64,000 nt of DNA from Nitrospinaceae bacterium (GCA_965237905.1 OZ250172.1:1088001-1152000), one strand, 5' to 3'; shown: positions 1-9,753, numbered from the stretch's first letter. The notes: a model not told the origin generated them from the sequence alone. Made by a program: numbers and translations.

Positions 1-2
1 TA

Positions 3-1559
3 CTGGTGGTTCTGGCGTTGGTACTGGCGCTGGCCCCGCCGGTGAAAACCGACGCGCTGGTGTACCACCTGGCTATCCCCAAGGCCTATCTCGAACACCA
101 CGGCATCGTCAACCTCCCCAACAACATGTACTCTTTCTTTCCTCTATTGTTCGAGATGGTGTTTCTGTTTGCAATGACATTCGGAGTGGAATCGCTCCCG
201 GCGCTGTGCGGCCTGGGAATGGCTTTTCTTCTGCTCATGGGATTGGGGGTTTATTTCCGCCAGTACCTGTCGCCGCGCCTGGCCTGGTTCGTGCCGGTGT
301 TGTTTTTCAGCACGCCAACCTTTTTTGAAATTTCCGCTTCCGCCTATATTGATCTGGCGTTGGCGGGCTTCATGTTTTTCACGTTTTATGCCTGGGATCG
401 TTGGCGGGAAACCCGCCTCCCCTTCTGGTTCTTCTATATGGCTGTGTGCGCCGCTGCGGCCTGGGCCACCAAATTGACCGGGTTGATTGTGCTCCCTCTG
501 GTGGTGCTGGGCATCGCTTTGGAGGGAAAAAAAGACAACAACCCTGCACGGGTGTTGAAGCATATCGTGATCTTTTCCGGCATCATCTTTCTGTTCATGG
601 TTCCCTGGTGGATTCGTAACTACCTATACACCGGCAATCCTTTTCTGCCTCTGCTGATGCAATTTCTGGGCGGGGAAGGCCGTGTCAATTGGGATCCTCA
701 CCGGGCAATGTTGTTTAATGACTATGTTAAAAATTTTGGCATGGGAAGAGGACTGTTGGACCTGCTGTTACTGCCCTACAACCTCACCTTTCACGCCCAA
801 CCGGGTTCCCTGAAATTTGACGGGCAGATCGGCATCGTGTTCTTCATGCTGATTCCGGCGCTGATCGTCGGCCTGTGGAAACCCCGTTCGCCGCGATGGG
901 TGCCACTGGGTTTATGTTTTGCCGTGCTGATGTTTTTCTGGTTCGTTTATTTCCAATACGTCCGGTTTTTGGCACCGGCCTTCACGGCGCTGACTCTGTT
1001 AGGCGTCGCCGGGCTGGAGAAAATTACCCGGCCCAAATCCGAGGACGGTTCCCCGCCGCGCTGGCTGGGTCAAATTCTGCTGGGCGTGGTGGCCTGCGGC
1101 GTATTGTTTAATGTCAACCTGATCCGGGAAAGCTGGCAAAAAAAGGCTCCCTGGGAATATGTGACAGGGAAAGAAACCCGCGACCCGTATCTTGCCCGGA
1201 ACATATCCGGTTATCCCATGTACCAGGCCATGAACAAGCTGAACCCTGAAGCCAAGGTGCTGTGGGTCTATATGCGTAATCGGGGTTATTTGGCGGAGAG
1301 GTCCTTTCACAGCGACAGCGTGTTTGAAGACTTCACCCTGAAGAGCATCGTGGAGCAGGACGCCTCTCCCGAAGGCATCCGCCGGCAATTGCAATCTTTG
1401 GGCATCACCCACCTGATGTTCGACCGGAATTACATGTTAGGGAAAGAGGCCGCGTTTTCTCCAGACCACCAGACCGCGCTGAACCGGTTTCTGAAAAATC
1501 ACACTCAATTGCTGAAACAGAAGGATAATTTTTTCCTGGTCCAACTGGTATTGGACTAA
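3..1559 (+). CDS. Polytopic membrane protein, GT-C/ArnT-PMT-like glycosyltransferase (5'-partial)
   Basis: Frame open from the window edge; many TM segments; D-x3-YH motif (DALVYHLAIP) followed by YSFFP, 'YIDLA' and 'RNYLYTGNP' segments typical of GT-C-like membrane glycosyltransferases; soluble C-terminal domain. Confidence 0.65.
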   Translation: MVVLALVLALAPPVKTDALVYHLAIPKAYLEHHGIVNLPNNMYSFFPLLFEMVFLFAMTFGVESLPALCGLGMAFLLLMGLGVYFRQYLSPRLAWFVPVLFFSTPTFFEISASAYIDLALAGFMFFTFYAWDRWRETRLPFWFFYMAVCAAAAWATKLTGLIVLPLVVLGIALEGKKDNNPARVLKHIVIFSGIIFLFMVPWWIRNYLYTGNPFLPLLMQFLGGEGRVNWDPHRAMLFNDYVKNFGMGRGLLDLLLLPYNLTFHAQPGSLKFDGQIGIVFFMLIPALIVGLWKPRSPRWVPLGLCFAVLMFFWFVYFQYVRFLAPAFTALTLLGVAGLEKITRPKSEDGSPPRWLGQILLGVVACGVLFNVNLIRESWQKKAPWEYVTGKETRDPYLARNISGYPMYQAMNKLNPEAKVLWVYMRNRGYLAERSFHSDSVFEDFTLKSIVEQDASPEGIRRQLQSLGITHLMFDRNYMLGKEAAFSPDHQTALNRFLKNHTQLLKQKDNFFLVQLVLD

Positions 1560-1652
1560 TGGCGGTTTTCATCTATAATCCAACCTTCTTTTAAATCCAG
1601 CAGAACACCCGCCCAGTCTCATGCTATGGGGAGGGATAGGAGACATATAGCG

Positions 1653-2252
1653 ATGGCACGTTTGGAAGGCAAAAATATACTGATCATTATCCCGAAAGAT
1701 TATTACGAAGAGGAGGAACTGGATTACCCTTTAAAAAAACTCCGTGAGGAAGGAGCGGATGTGCGCATTGCTTCCTCCAAACTCAAGGAAGCCGTAGGCA
1801 TGAAAACCGGCCGCATCATGCCGGATTTTCTGGTGGTGGACGCCATTGAGGGCATTACGGGAGACAGTTATGTAACCGGGGGCAAAGGGACACGCCAGGT
1901 CATTGGCGTGTTTCACGGCGTGGTGGTCATCGGCGGGCGCGGCGCCCGAAAATATATATGGACCGACAAGCTGACGCGTTTGCTGATATTGGACCGTTTT
2001 AAAAGCGACATGGTGGTCGCCGCCATCGGACAGGGCGTTCCGGCGTTAGGGATCGCGGGATTGTTGGAAAATATCGAAGTGGCCGCTCCGCAGGACAAAC
2101 ATACCCTTCCGGAGCTGGACAAAGCCGCCGCCATTCTGGCTGATGAAAACATGGTGATCCATGAACGGATCATCACCGCAGTAGGAGCCGAGGCGGTGGA
2201 AGAGTTCACTGAAGCCATCATCGAAGCGGTAATGGCAACAAAAGTAAAATAG
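1653..2252 (+). CDS. DJ-1/PfpI family protein lacking the catalytic Cys
   Basis: GKNILIII..YEEEELDYP, VVVIGGRGA, VAAIGQG (normally VAAICHG), IITA; GGAG RBS upstream of ATG 1653. Confidence 0.8.
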   Translation: MARLEGKNILIIIPKDYYEEEELDYPLKKLREEGADVRIASSKLKEAVGMKTGRIMPDFLVVDAIEGITGDSYVTGGKGTRQVIGVFHGVVVIGGRGARKYIWTDKLTRLLILDRFKSDMVVAAIGQGVPALGIAGLLENIEVAAPQDKHTLPELDKAAAILADENMVIHERIITAVGAEAVEEFTEAIIEAVMATKVK

Positions 2253-2283
2253 GAATACCTCCTTACCAGAGGCTTTTGCGTAG

Positions 2284-2372
2284 CCGTGTCCCCCTGAGCC
2301 CGTCGCGAAGGGGAACACGGTCATACTTCGACAGAGCCTGTCTTGAGCTTGTCGAAGGACTCAGCATGACAC
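2284..2372. repeat. REP-like composite palindromic element between convergent genes
   Basis: Hairpin CCGTGTCCCC..GGGGAACACGG (2284-2320), then CTTCGACA..TGTCGAAG inverted pair followed by CTCAGCATGAC. Confidence 0.55.
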
Positions 2373-2392
2373 CGATTGCAGAGCCTGTCCCT

Positions 2393-2758
2393 CTAAATCC
2401 CGAGTTCGTCCCCTTCTCCTTCTTTTTCTTTTTGAGACTGAATTATTTTCTGGCGAATTTTAAATGCGTTGTTTAAATCCTTGACGGTATTTTCCTTGGC
2501 GTCGGGCAAATGTATTTTTTGATTAAACTCATCCAAGGGGTGGTCTTCCAGCAGTTTGGCAAAGGCCTCGTCCAGGAAAGGGCGGGTCATCTGCACCACA
2601 TTATCCAATAATATCGAAATCCGCTCATACTTGTCCCAGTTGTCCAGGACATGTTTTCTGAGAGACTCGGCGGAAGGGGAACCGTCGTCGGAGGTACGGC
2701 CAGACAGCATATCGGTCCCCATAAATTTGTACACATTTACGATTAATTCGTTTTCCAT
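2393..2758 (-). CDS. STAS-like (DUF4325-type) domain protein
   Basis: ISILLDNVVQMTRPFLDEAFAKLL matches the l.ld.v..is.sFldEaf..L pattern; AGGAAGG RBS. Confidence 0.6.
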   Translation of the reverse strand: MENELIVNVYKFMGTDMLSGRTSDDGSPSAESLRKHVLDNWDKYERISILLDNVVQMTRPFLDEAFAKLLEDHPLDEFNQKIHLPDAKENTVKDLNNAFKIRQKIIQSQKEKEGEGDELGI

Positions 2759-2791
2759 AGTTCCTTCCTTAAAGAGATCCTAACAAAAATC

Positions 2792-3280
2792 TTATTCCTC
2801 TACGATGGCAACGGATTTCATTTCTATCCGTTCCTCCGGATTGTCGTTGGAGTCGCGAGGCTCGTCAACGATTTTATCCACCACGTCCATGCCTTCAATG
2901 ACCTTGCCGAACGCCGTGTACTGGCCATCCAGAAAAAACGAATCCTTAACGCAGATGAAAAACTGCGACCCCGCGCTGTTGGGGTCCTGGGACCGCGCCA
3001 TAGACAGCACGCCCCGCTGATGCTTCGTGTCATTGAATTCCGCGTCAATGGTGTGTCCCGGACCGCCCGTACCGTGTGCGGAGCGGTTGTCCGATTTCGA
3101 ATTGGGGTCGCCCCCCTGAATCATAAAACCGGGAATGACCCGGTGAAACGTGGTGCTGTCATAAAAGTTTTTGTTGGCCAGATCCTTGAAATTTTTGACA
3201 TGCCCCGGAGCTTTGTCATCAAAAAATTCCAGTTTAATGGTCCCGTGTGTGGTTTCGATCACTGCGACTTCTTTACTCAT
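2792..3280 (-). CDS. ppiB: Cytoplasmic cyclophilin-type peptidyl-prolyl cis-trans isomerase
   Basis: FHRVIPGFMIQGGD, LSMAR, SAGSQFFI, YTAFGKV motifs; no signal peptide. Confidence 0.9.
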   Translation of the reverse strand: MSKEVAVIETTHGTIKLEFFDDKAPGHVKNFKDLANKNFYDSTTFHRVIPGFMIQGGDPNSKSDNRSAHGTGGPGHTIDAEFNDTKHQRGVLSMARSQDPNSAGSQFFICVKDSFFLDGQYTAFGKVIEGMDVVDKIVDEPRDSNDNPEERIEMKSVAIVEE

Positions 3281-3303
3281 AAAAAGCTCCTTTGGCTTTG
3301 GAA

Positions 3304-3885
3304 TTATTTTTTGGATTTAATGATAATTTTCATGCTGACGGATTCAATGGGATTATCGTTCCCATCCCGCGGGGAACTGACGATCTTATCCGCCACTTCC
3401 ATCCCTTTGGTCACTTTGCCGAACGCCGTGTATTGGCCGTTCAGAAAATGGGCATCCTTGACCACGATGAAAAACTGCGATCCCGCGCTATCCGGGTCCT
3501 GGGAACGGGCCATGGACAGAATGCCCCGTTCATGCTTGGTATCGTTGAACTCGGCCTTGATGTTGTAACCGGGTCCCCCCCTGCCATGCACGGAACGATC
3601 CGATTTTTTGGAATTGGGGTCCCCGCCCTGAATCATAAAACCAGGGATCACCCGATGAAAGAGAGTCCCATTGTAAAATCCGGTTTTAGCGAGGGTCTTG
3701 AAATTTTTGACGTGACCGGGGGCTTTGTCCGGGAAGAATTCCAATTCGATATTGCCGAGCCTGGTTTCGATAACGGCAATTTCATTTGCCGGCACAGGGT
3801 TGCCCTTGACCTTTTCATCCGCCAGCGCAGAACCTGTTCCTACTGCCAGCATTGCAACCCAAAGCAGAATAATAATCTTTCGCAT
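3304..3885 (-). CDS. ppiA: Periplasmic cyclophilin-type PPIase with signal peptide
   Basis: Same cyclophilin motifs plus Sec signal MRKIIILLWVAMLAVGTGSALA. Confidence 0.88.
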   Translation of the reverse strand: MRKIIILLWVAMLAVGTGSALADEKVKGNPVPANEIAVIETRLGNIELEFFPDKAPGHVKNFKTLAKTGFYNGTLFHRVIPGFMIQGGDPNSKKSDRSVHGRGGPGYNIKAEFNDTKHERGILSMARSQDPDSAGSQFFIVVKDAHFLNGQYTAFGKVTKGMEVADKIVSSPRDGNDNPIESVSMKIIIKSKK

Positions 3886-3987
3886 GGAACCCCCAAAAAA
3901 TGATTTAAACTATTCAATAATCCCCACAGCGGTCTCAACACCGATCAATATGCACTGGAGGGTCTGTAACCGGGCCATTGTAAAGGA

Positions 3988-6096
3988 ATGGAAACTTTGT
4001 TGTCAATTGACATGCGAAATCGCGGACCCCGCCTGCGCACCTGCTTTGTCGGATTCAGCTACCTGCTCGCGGCTTTGGGGATAGCCTGTCTGATTTTCGG
4101 AGCGGTGATTCCCTTGGCGGCCGGAATCCTGTTTTTGACAGCTCTGATGGTGTGTTTCACACTGGAAACGTATCAAAAAATTCCGATCCACCCTCCAATC
4201 CGATTTTCCATTTGGTTGACAGGTCTGGTGATTTTACCCCTGATTTACTTTATATGGAAACCCCCGATTCTGGATCTCACGGTTTGGTTTCTGATCTTTA
4301 TCCTGCTCACCCGTTTTGTGTTCAAATCCGAACTCAATGATTATCTTTACGGTTATTTGATCTCAATCGTCTGCCTGCTGATTGGAGCCCTATTCATTCA
4401 GGACATAGTTTTCGGCCTGCTATTCCTGTCGTTTTATCTCGTGTTGTGCTGGTGTTTGATATTTTACAACATGATGGTGGAGCGGGTGGGAACCCATTGC
4501 CCGCCATCAGGTTTTCGCCAAACTGGAGAACATGAAGCCACCGGTTTTTCTTTGTTCGCTCTGTCCGCAGCTATGATTCTGGCCAGCTTTTTATTGACTG
4601 CTGTTATTTTCGTCAGTTTTCCACGATTGGGACTGGGATTTCTGGCGTTGGATTCCGGTGGGGGGCCGGTCAGCGGGTTTTCCAACCGGGTGGAACTGGG
4701 AGAGGTGGGCCGCATCAAACAAAACGACAGTGTGGTCATGCGGGTGGAATTTCGCAAAAATGGCGAGGTCTACCGTCCCCCCTCCAGGATTCTTTGGAGG
4801 GGCGTGAATCTGGATTACTATGACGGCAAAACCTGGTTCTCCACCATGCCGACGGCTTGGCAGGCATTCAACACTCAGGGGCGGGGGGCACGATTGTTCA
4901 CGGTTCCGGCACCCAAGGAAATAGTCGTCCAGGACATTTATATGGAATCTTTCAATTCACCGGTGGTATTCACCTACGGAATACCCCTTGAAATTGAGGG
5001 AACCTTCAAGAAACTTCAAATGGATCAGGGGTATTCCCTGCAAACCCTGGACAGGCACACCGGTCCCAGACGGTACACCGTCATCGCCGATATTGGAAAT
5101 CCCAAAACCAACTACCCCCATCCCACCCACTTCAATGTGCGCAATATTTATCCGAACCGGTTTCTGCAATTACCGAAGAACAGCCCCAGGACCCTCAAGC
5201 TGGCCCGGGATTTAGTGGATGCGTCCGACTCCGAAGCCGTCAAGGCGCACAAAATTCTTAAATATTTGAAGAACAATTACGGATATTCGCTGGACATGGA
5301 GCGCAAAACCCATAAATCGGCATTGGATGAATTTTTATTCGTGCGCAAGGAAGGCCACTGCGAGTATTTCGCCTCGGCTATGGCAGTGCTCTTGCGGTTG
5401 AACGGGATACCCTCGCGGATCATCAACGGTTTTGCCGGTACAGAATGGAACGATCTGGGACAATACATGGTAGTCCGTCAGACTCATGCTCACTCCTGGG
5501 TGGAGACGTATATTCCGGGCCTGGGCTGGAAGGTCTACGATCCCACTCCCCCCGATCCCACAGCTGTCCCTGATTCGCCCAATATGCTGGCTCGCAGGCT
5601 TGATCTCATGCGTCTTTATTGGCAGAGGTATGTCATTCGATATTCCATGCAGGACCAGGTGCAACTGGTGGATTACTTCAGCCAGGAAACTCAGGATTTT
5701 AAAGACCGGTGGAAAAATTGGAAGACTCCCAGTTTTAAGGAAATGCTGAGCACCCTCCAAAACCACCCTTGGGTGCTGTTTTTGATTGTGGCAGGATTTC
5801 TAGGGTGGCGATTTGCTTCCAAAAAATACCAGTGGCAAGGAACCCCCTGGACACCCCGATTGCCCTTCGCGGTTCAAATGTACCATCAAATGCTGAAGCG
5901 TCTGGAGTCCCAGGGAATCTTCAAACCCAATAACGCAACACACCTGGAGTTTCTGAATACGCTGACCGGCCTGCCCCCGGAACAACGGGAAGCCATAGAG
6001 TCCATCACGCGGTTCTACGAACAGAACCGCTTCGGTAACCTCCCCTTCTCATCCGGTGAGCAACACCACATCAAATCCCTGATCCGGCAAATTTAA
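3988..6096 (+). CDS. DUF3488 + transglutaminase-like membrane protein (TgpA family)
   Basis: N-terminal TM block; catalytic triad motifs GHCEYFASA, AHSWVE, YDPTP; C-terminal TM plus DUF4129-like tail; exact start uncertain. Confidence 0.85.
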   Translation: METLLSIDMRNRGPRLRTCFVGFSYLLAALGIACLIFGAVIPLAAGILFLTALMVCFTLETYQKIPIHPPIRFSIWLTGLVILPLIYFIWKPPILDLTVWFLIFILLTRFVFKSELNDYLYGYLISIVCLLIGALFIQDIVFGLLFLSFYLVLCWCLIFYNMMVERVGTHCPPSGFRQTGEHEATGFSLFALSAAMILASFLLTAVIFVSFPRLGLGFLALDSGGGPVSGFSNRVELGEVGRIKQNDSVVMRVEFRKNGEVYRPPSRILWRGVNLDYYDGKTWFSTMPTAWQAFNTQGRGARLFTVPAPKEIVVQDIYMESFNSPVVFTYGIPLEIEGTFKKLQMDQGYSLQTLDRHTGPRRYTVIADIGNPKTNYPHPTHFNVRNIYPNRFLQLPKNSPRTLKLARDLVDASDSEAVKAHKILKYLKNNYGYSLDMERKTHKSALDEFLFVRKEGHCEYFASAMAVLLRLNGIPSRIINGFAGTEWNDLGQYMVVRQTHAHSWVETYIPGLGWKVYDPTPPDPTAVPDSPNMLARRLDLMRLYWQRYVIRYSMQDQVQLVDYFSQETQDFKDRWKNWKTPSFKEMLSTLQNHPWVLFLIVAGFLGWRFASKKYQWQGTPWTPRLPFAVQMYHQMLKRLESQGIFKPNNATHLEFLNTLTGLPPEQREAIESITRFYEQNRFGNLPFSSGEQHHIKSLIRQI

Positions 6097-6224
6097 ATTA
6101 TTCCCCAACGCCTGCAAAAACTTTGTCAGGAGTCGGCTGGCTTTGCGACCTTTTATTGACAACCTGTGGGCGGAAATATATATTCGCAAACTTGAGACCG
6201 TTGTTCATCCATTGGGAGAAACAC

Positions 6225-6845
6225 ATGCCGCGCTTGCCGGCTTTTTTTATCAGCCTTGGACTGTTCCTGACTTTTACCTCAAATGTTTATGCCGAAGGTA
6301 GTGGTATCTATATCGGAGGCATTGCCGGCACAAGCCTTCGGTCGGATAGCCTCCTTTCGAGCCCGAGCCTGGGAACCCAAACGATGGAATTTCACCCGGG
6401 ATACACATTCGGTGGATTTGTTGGGTACGATTTCGGAAACAACTTTCGGATGGAAGGGGAACTTTCCTACCGCGAAAATGAAATCCGTACCGGCGGCGGG
6501 AAAGACCCCCAGGCCGCAACCTCGACCATGATGTTCAATGGATTTTATGATGTGCCCTCTAAAACACGCTTGAAGCTTTATTTTGGGGGCGGTCTCGGTG
6601 TGGCGACCGCACAACTGGAAACGATTTCGCTGGGCCAGGCGATTGACACCAATGAAACGCTGTTCGCTTACCAATTGGAAGCGGGTATCGGCTGGAACTA
6701 CAATCCCAAGGTAACCTTCAGCTTAGGGTACCGATTCTTCGACGCGGCCAACCCGGAATTTGTATTGCCCGCAGGGCAACGGGTTCGGATGCAACTGGAA
6801 ACTCACGAACTCATTCTGAAAATGCGGTACCTGTTCAACCTTTAA
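6225..6845 (+). CDS. Outer-membrane beta-barrel protein (8-stranded OmpA-TM/opacity-like) #1
   Basis: Signal peptide, GYDFGNNFRMEGELSY, YFGGGLG, AYQLEAG, LGYRFF strands; GGGAG RBS before ATG 6225. Confidence 0.85.
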   Translation: MPRLPAFFISLGLFLTFTSNVYAEGSGIYIGGIAGTSLRSDSLLSSPSLGTQTMEFHPGYTFGGFVGYDFGNNFRMEGELSYRENEIRTGGGKDPQAATSTMMFNGFYDVPSKTRLKLYFGGGLGVATAQLETISLGQAIDTNETLFAYQLEAGIGWNYNPKVTFSLGYRFFDAANPEFVLPAGQRVRMQLETHELILKMRYLFNL

Positions 6846-7006
6846 GCACCCTCCCCATCGGACTTCATCACCTACTCGATTAAACCCTTTGATTAAGGGT
6901 CCTTTAAAATATTCCAGAAACACCTGTTTTTGAATTCGGTTGCGGGGTTCCCACCGATTTGTTATTCTCCACACAATTTTAAAGGGTTCTAACTCTGGGA
7001 GGAAAT

Positions 7007-7615
7007 ATGAAATGTATTCTTGGACTGGTTGTCGGAGTTCTGGTACTTCTTTTTGCGGCACAGGTGTGGGCGCAGGTTCAACCTCAAGGTTTGTACGCTT
7101 CAGGTAACATTGGATTCGGCATTCGGCCCGATGGCGATATCAATATTTCTTCATCTCCATTCGAAAATGATCCAGCCTTTGTGATCAATGGCGCCATTGG
7201 TGTTGAGTTGAATCCCATGATCCGGATCGAAGGAGAAATAGGATTTCATTATAACACTGCGGACCAGGGCGGTTCTCCCATTAATTGGAGCTTCCGAAAC
7301 ATTAGCTTTATGGGTAACGGTTATTTCGACATTCCCACCCAATCCCCCTTAAGACCTTATGTAGGGGCTGGTTTGGGTTTAGCCCTTGTGCAATTGGAAG
7401 GTGAGTTTTTTGGTGTTGACGATTCCGATTCTGACCTGGTCGGCGCTTTTCAACTGATGGCAGGTATCGGTTTTGATATCAATCCCCAAGCCACATTAAC
7501 GTTCGGGTACCGCTATTTCATCACCACCGATCCCAGTTTTAATTCCGGCTTCGGTGCGTTCGAAACCGAATACACCAGCCACGATTTCCTGTTCGGCGCC
7601 CGCTTCCGGTTTTGA
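7007..7615 (+). CDS. Outer-membrane beta-barrel protein #2
   Basis: Signal ending VWA-Q; RIEGEIG, MGNGYFD, PYVGAGLG, AFQLMAG; C-terminal GARFRF (BAM-type terminal Phe). Confidence 0.88.
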   Translation: MKCILGLVVGVLVLLFAAQVWAQVQPQGLYASGNIGFGIRPDGDINISSSPFENDPAFVINGAIGVELNPMIRIEGEIGFHYNTADQGGSPINWSFRNISFMGNGYFDIPTQSPLRPYVGAGLGLALVQLEGEFFGVDDSDSDLVGAFQLMAGIGFDINPQATLTFGYRYFITTDPSFNSGFGAFETEYTSHDFLFGARFRF

Positions 7616-7621
7616 GGAGCC

Positions 7622-8239
7622 ATGAAACATATTTTTGGATGGGTCATCGGCGTTCTGGTACTTCTCATTGCGGCACAGGTGTGGGCGCAGGAGCCGCAGG
7701 AGCGTACTCATAAATTATACCTTTCCGGAAATTTTGGATTCGGTGTTCGACCGGACGCCAAAGCGACCGGTTTGTCAGGAAAATTCGACAATAACCTCGC
7801 TGTGGTCCTCAATGGTGCCTTCGGTATCGAATTGGCGGAGTATTTCAGGCTCGAAGCAGAAGCCGGATTTCATACAAATGCAGCTGATCGAACCACGACG
7901 ACATTCCCAGAATACGGCTTTTCTGTGCTCAGTCTTATGGGCAATGCGTTTTTCGATATCCCCACCGGGTTGCCTCTGAGACCTTATGTGGGGGCAGGGG
8001 TCGGATTTGGCATTGCCCGCGCCAGCGAAGATATATTTGATTCATCCGATTCGGATTTAGTAGGCGCCTTCCAATTGATGGCGGGCTTGGGCTATGACAT
8101 CAGCCCAAAAGCCACGCTGACGATTGGTTACCGTTATTTCACCACCACCGACCCGGATTTTGTCCTGGCCCCCTCACAATTTTTTGAAACGGAATACACC
8201 AGCCACGATATCCTGTTCGGAGCCCGCTTCCGATTTTAA
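7622..8239 (+). CDS. Outer-membrane beta-barrel protein #3 (close paralog of #2)
   Basis: Near-identical signal peptide and C-terminal strands to 7007-7615; ends GARFRF. Confidence 0.88.
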   Translation: MKHIFGWVIGVLVLLIAAQVWAQEPQERTHKLYLSGNFGFGVRPDAKATGLSGKFDNNLAVVLNGAFGIELAEYFRLEAEAGFHTNAADRTTTTFPEYGFSVLSLMGNAFFDIPTGLPLRPYVGAGVGFGIARASEDIFDSSDSDLVGAFQLMAGLGYDISPKATLTIGYRYFTTTDPDFVLAPSQFFETEYTSHDILFGARFRF

Positions 8240-8516
8240 GAGGACTCCCGCCACCGCCGGGAAGACTTTCTGCCGGAACCCAATGGTCCGGTCCTCCAAG
8301 GACTTGTCTCATTCCGCCTTATTTATTCCCTTCTTCCATTGAATTTCCACAAAAAGGACCTATATTTTTTTCATGGGTTGTAAACCCACGGGTTTTCCTT
8401 CCCGGCAGAGGTTGTAAGGGAAAACCCAGCTTTGTATCCAAATTTAAACAATCGACCGCGGGGGTCTATTTAGTCCGGCTCTGCCAAGCGGTCTTATACC
8501 GGAAAGGGGGTTACCC

Positions 8517-9620
8517 ATGAACCGGTTGATTTTCAGGATGCCGCTCCTTTTGACCTTAACCGCTATCCTTTTGTTTCACCCCACTCTTGTTCGATCCGAT
8601 CCCTCTGAGAATGCTAACGGCATTTCTGCCCGGTTAGCGGCGGATTTTGTGCACGGTGTGATTGAAGCCGGCCGCACCACCTATTCCCAGGATATTGTGG
8701 ACCGTCTCGGCAAATCCGGTTCTCTTAAAACTACCGAGAATTGGAAACGAGAAAACACCCTTCCCCTGCCGGCGCAATTTTTGATGATGTCCTCCCGCAT
8801 GTCAAATCAACGCGGGATCGGAATGCGTTACCGGTTGATGAGCCTGTGGCCAATCAATCCCAAAAATACTCCACCCTCTCAAACGGAGAAGCTCGGTTTG
8901 AAACAGGTGGCGAAAAACCCCGGCCAACCTTTTACCTGGGTCGTCCGGAAAAACGGCATCTGGTTTTACGAAGCCATCTACCCTGATAAAGCCGTGGTCG
9001 AGTCCTGCGTCTCCTGCCACAACCATCACCCGAAAAGTCCCAAAACTGATTTCAAAATCGGGGACGTCATGGGCGGAATCGTGATTGATCTTCCTTTGGG
9101 CAGGCGATCCAACAAAAAACCCAACGAACAATTTCTGTTTCCTCCGGAAGTGGTGGCAGACTATGTCCACTCCATCCTGGAGTCAAATCGGGCCGTCTAT
9201 GCCAAGCATATTGTAGATCGCCTCGAAAGCAGGGGGATTAAGTCCCCCAGCGAGAATTGGGAACAAGACAATACCCTGATGCTCCCGGCGCAGTTTTTGA
9301 TGAATACCAGCCGCCTGATTCGGGAAAAGGGGTTGGGCCTTGACTTTCAGTTGATCAGTCTTTGGCCCATCAATATGAAAAATAGCCCGGGGAGTAAGTT
9401 TGAGCAGGTAGGGCTGGAAACAGTGGATTACCATCCAATTCGGCCCTATTCCGGCCGGGTCAAAGTAGGCCGCAAACATTTTTTTCAATCCATCTACCCG
9501 GATTTGGCGGTCGCCCCGGCTTGCGTCGAATGCCATAACGCCCATCCGAAAAGCCCCAGGCGGGATTTCAAATTGCTGGATGTCATGGGGGGAATCGTCG
9601 TCACTCTGCCCCTCCGTTAG
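8517..9620 (+). CDS. Periplasmic diheme c-type cytochrome with two tandem DUF3365/Tll0287-like domains
   Basis: Signal peptide; two internally repeated domains (LPLPAQF/LMLPAQF, SLWPIN, IYPD.AV) each with CxxCH (CVSCH, CVECH) and D.K..DVMGGIV. Confidence 0.8.
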   Translation: MNRLIFRMPLLLTLTAILLFHPTLVRSDPSENANGISARLAADFVHGVIEAGRTTYSQDIVDRLGKSGSLKTTENWKRENTLPLPAQFLMMSSRMSNQRGIGMRYRLMSLWPINPKNTPPSQTEKLGLKQVAKNPGQPFTWVVRKNGIWFYEAIYPDKAVVESCVSCHNHHPKSPKTDFKIGDVMGGIVIDLPLGRRSNKKPNEQFLFPPEVVADYVHSILESNRAVYAKHIVDRLESRGIKSPSENWEQDNTLMLPAQFLMNTSRLIREKGLGLDFQLISLWPINMKNSPGSKFEQVGLETVDYHPIRPYSGRVKVGRKHFFQSIYPDLAVAPACVECHNAHPKSPRRDFKLLDVMGGIVVTLPLR

Positions 9621-9621
9621 G

Positions 9622-9753
9622 AACAAAAGAACCCAGGAGCCCAAAAAACTCCTGGGTTTTTTCTAAAACCGCCTGTCGAAAGGAGGATCAGGCGGTTTGT
9701 CTCAGCCGGTTGAAAAGTCCTTTAAAAGGCTCCTGCCGGATTACCTTCGTAAA
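9622..9753. repeat. Direct-repeat copy A: terminator plus degenerate duplicate of mlaC 3' end
   Basis: Aligns with 10539-10672; minus strand 9753->9688 reads FTKVIRQEPFKGLFNRLRQTA* versus MlaC FTKVIRQESFEGLLKRLKEQTA*. Confidence 0.85.
9630..9664 (+). terminator. Rho-independent (probably bidirectional) terminator
   Basis: AACCCAGGAG-loop-CTCCTGGGTT followed by a T-run, with an A-rich run before it. Confidence 0.75.
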
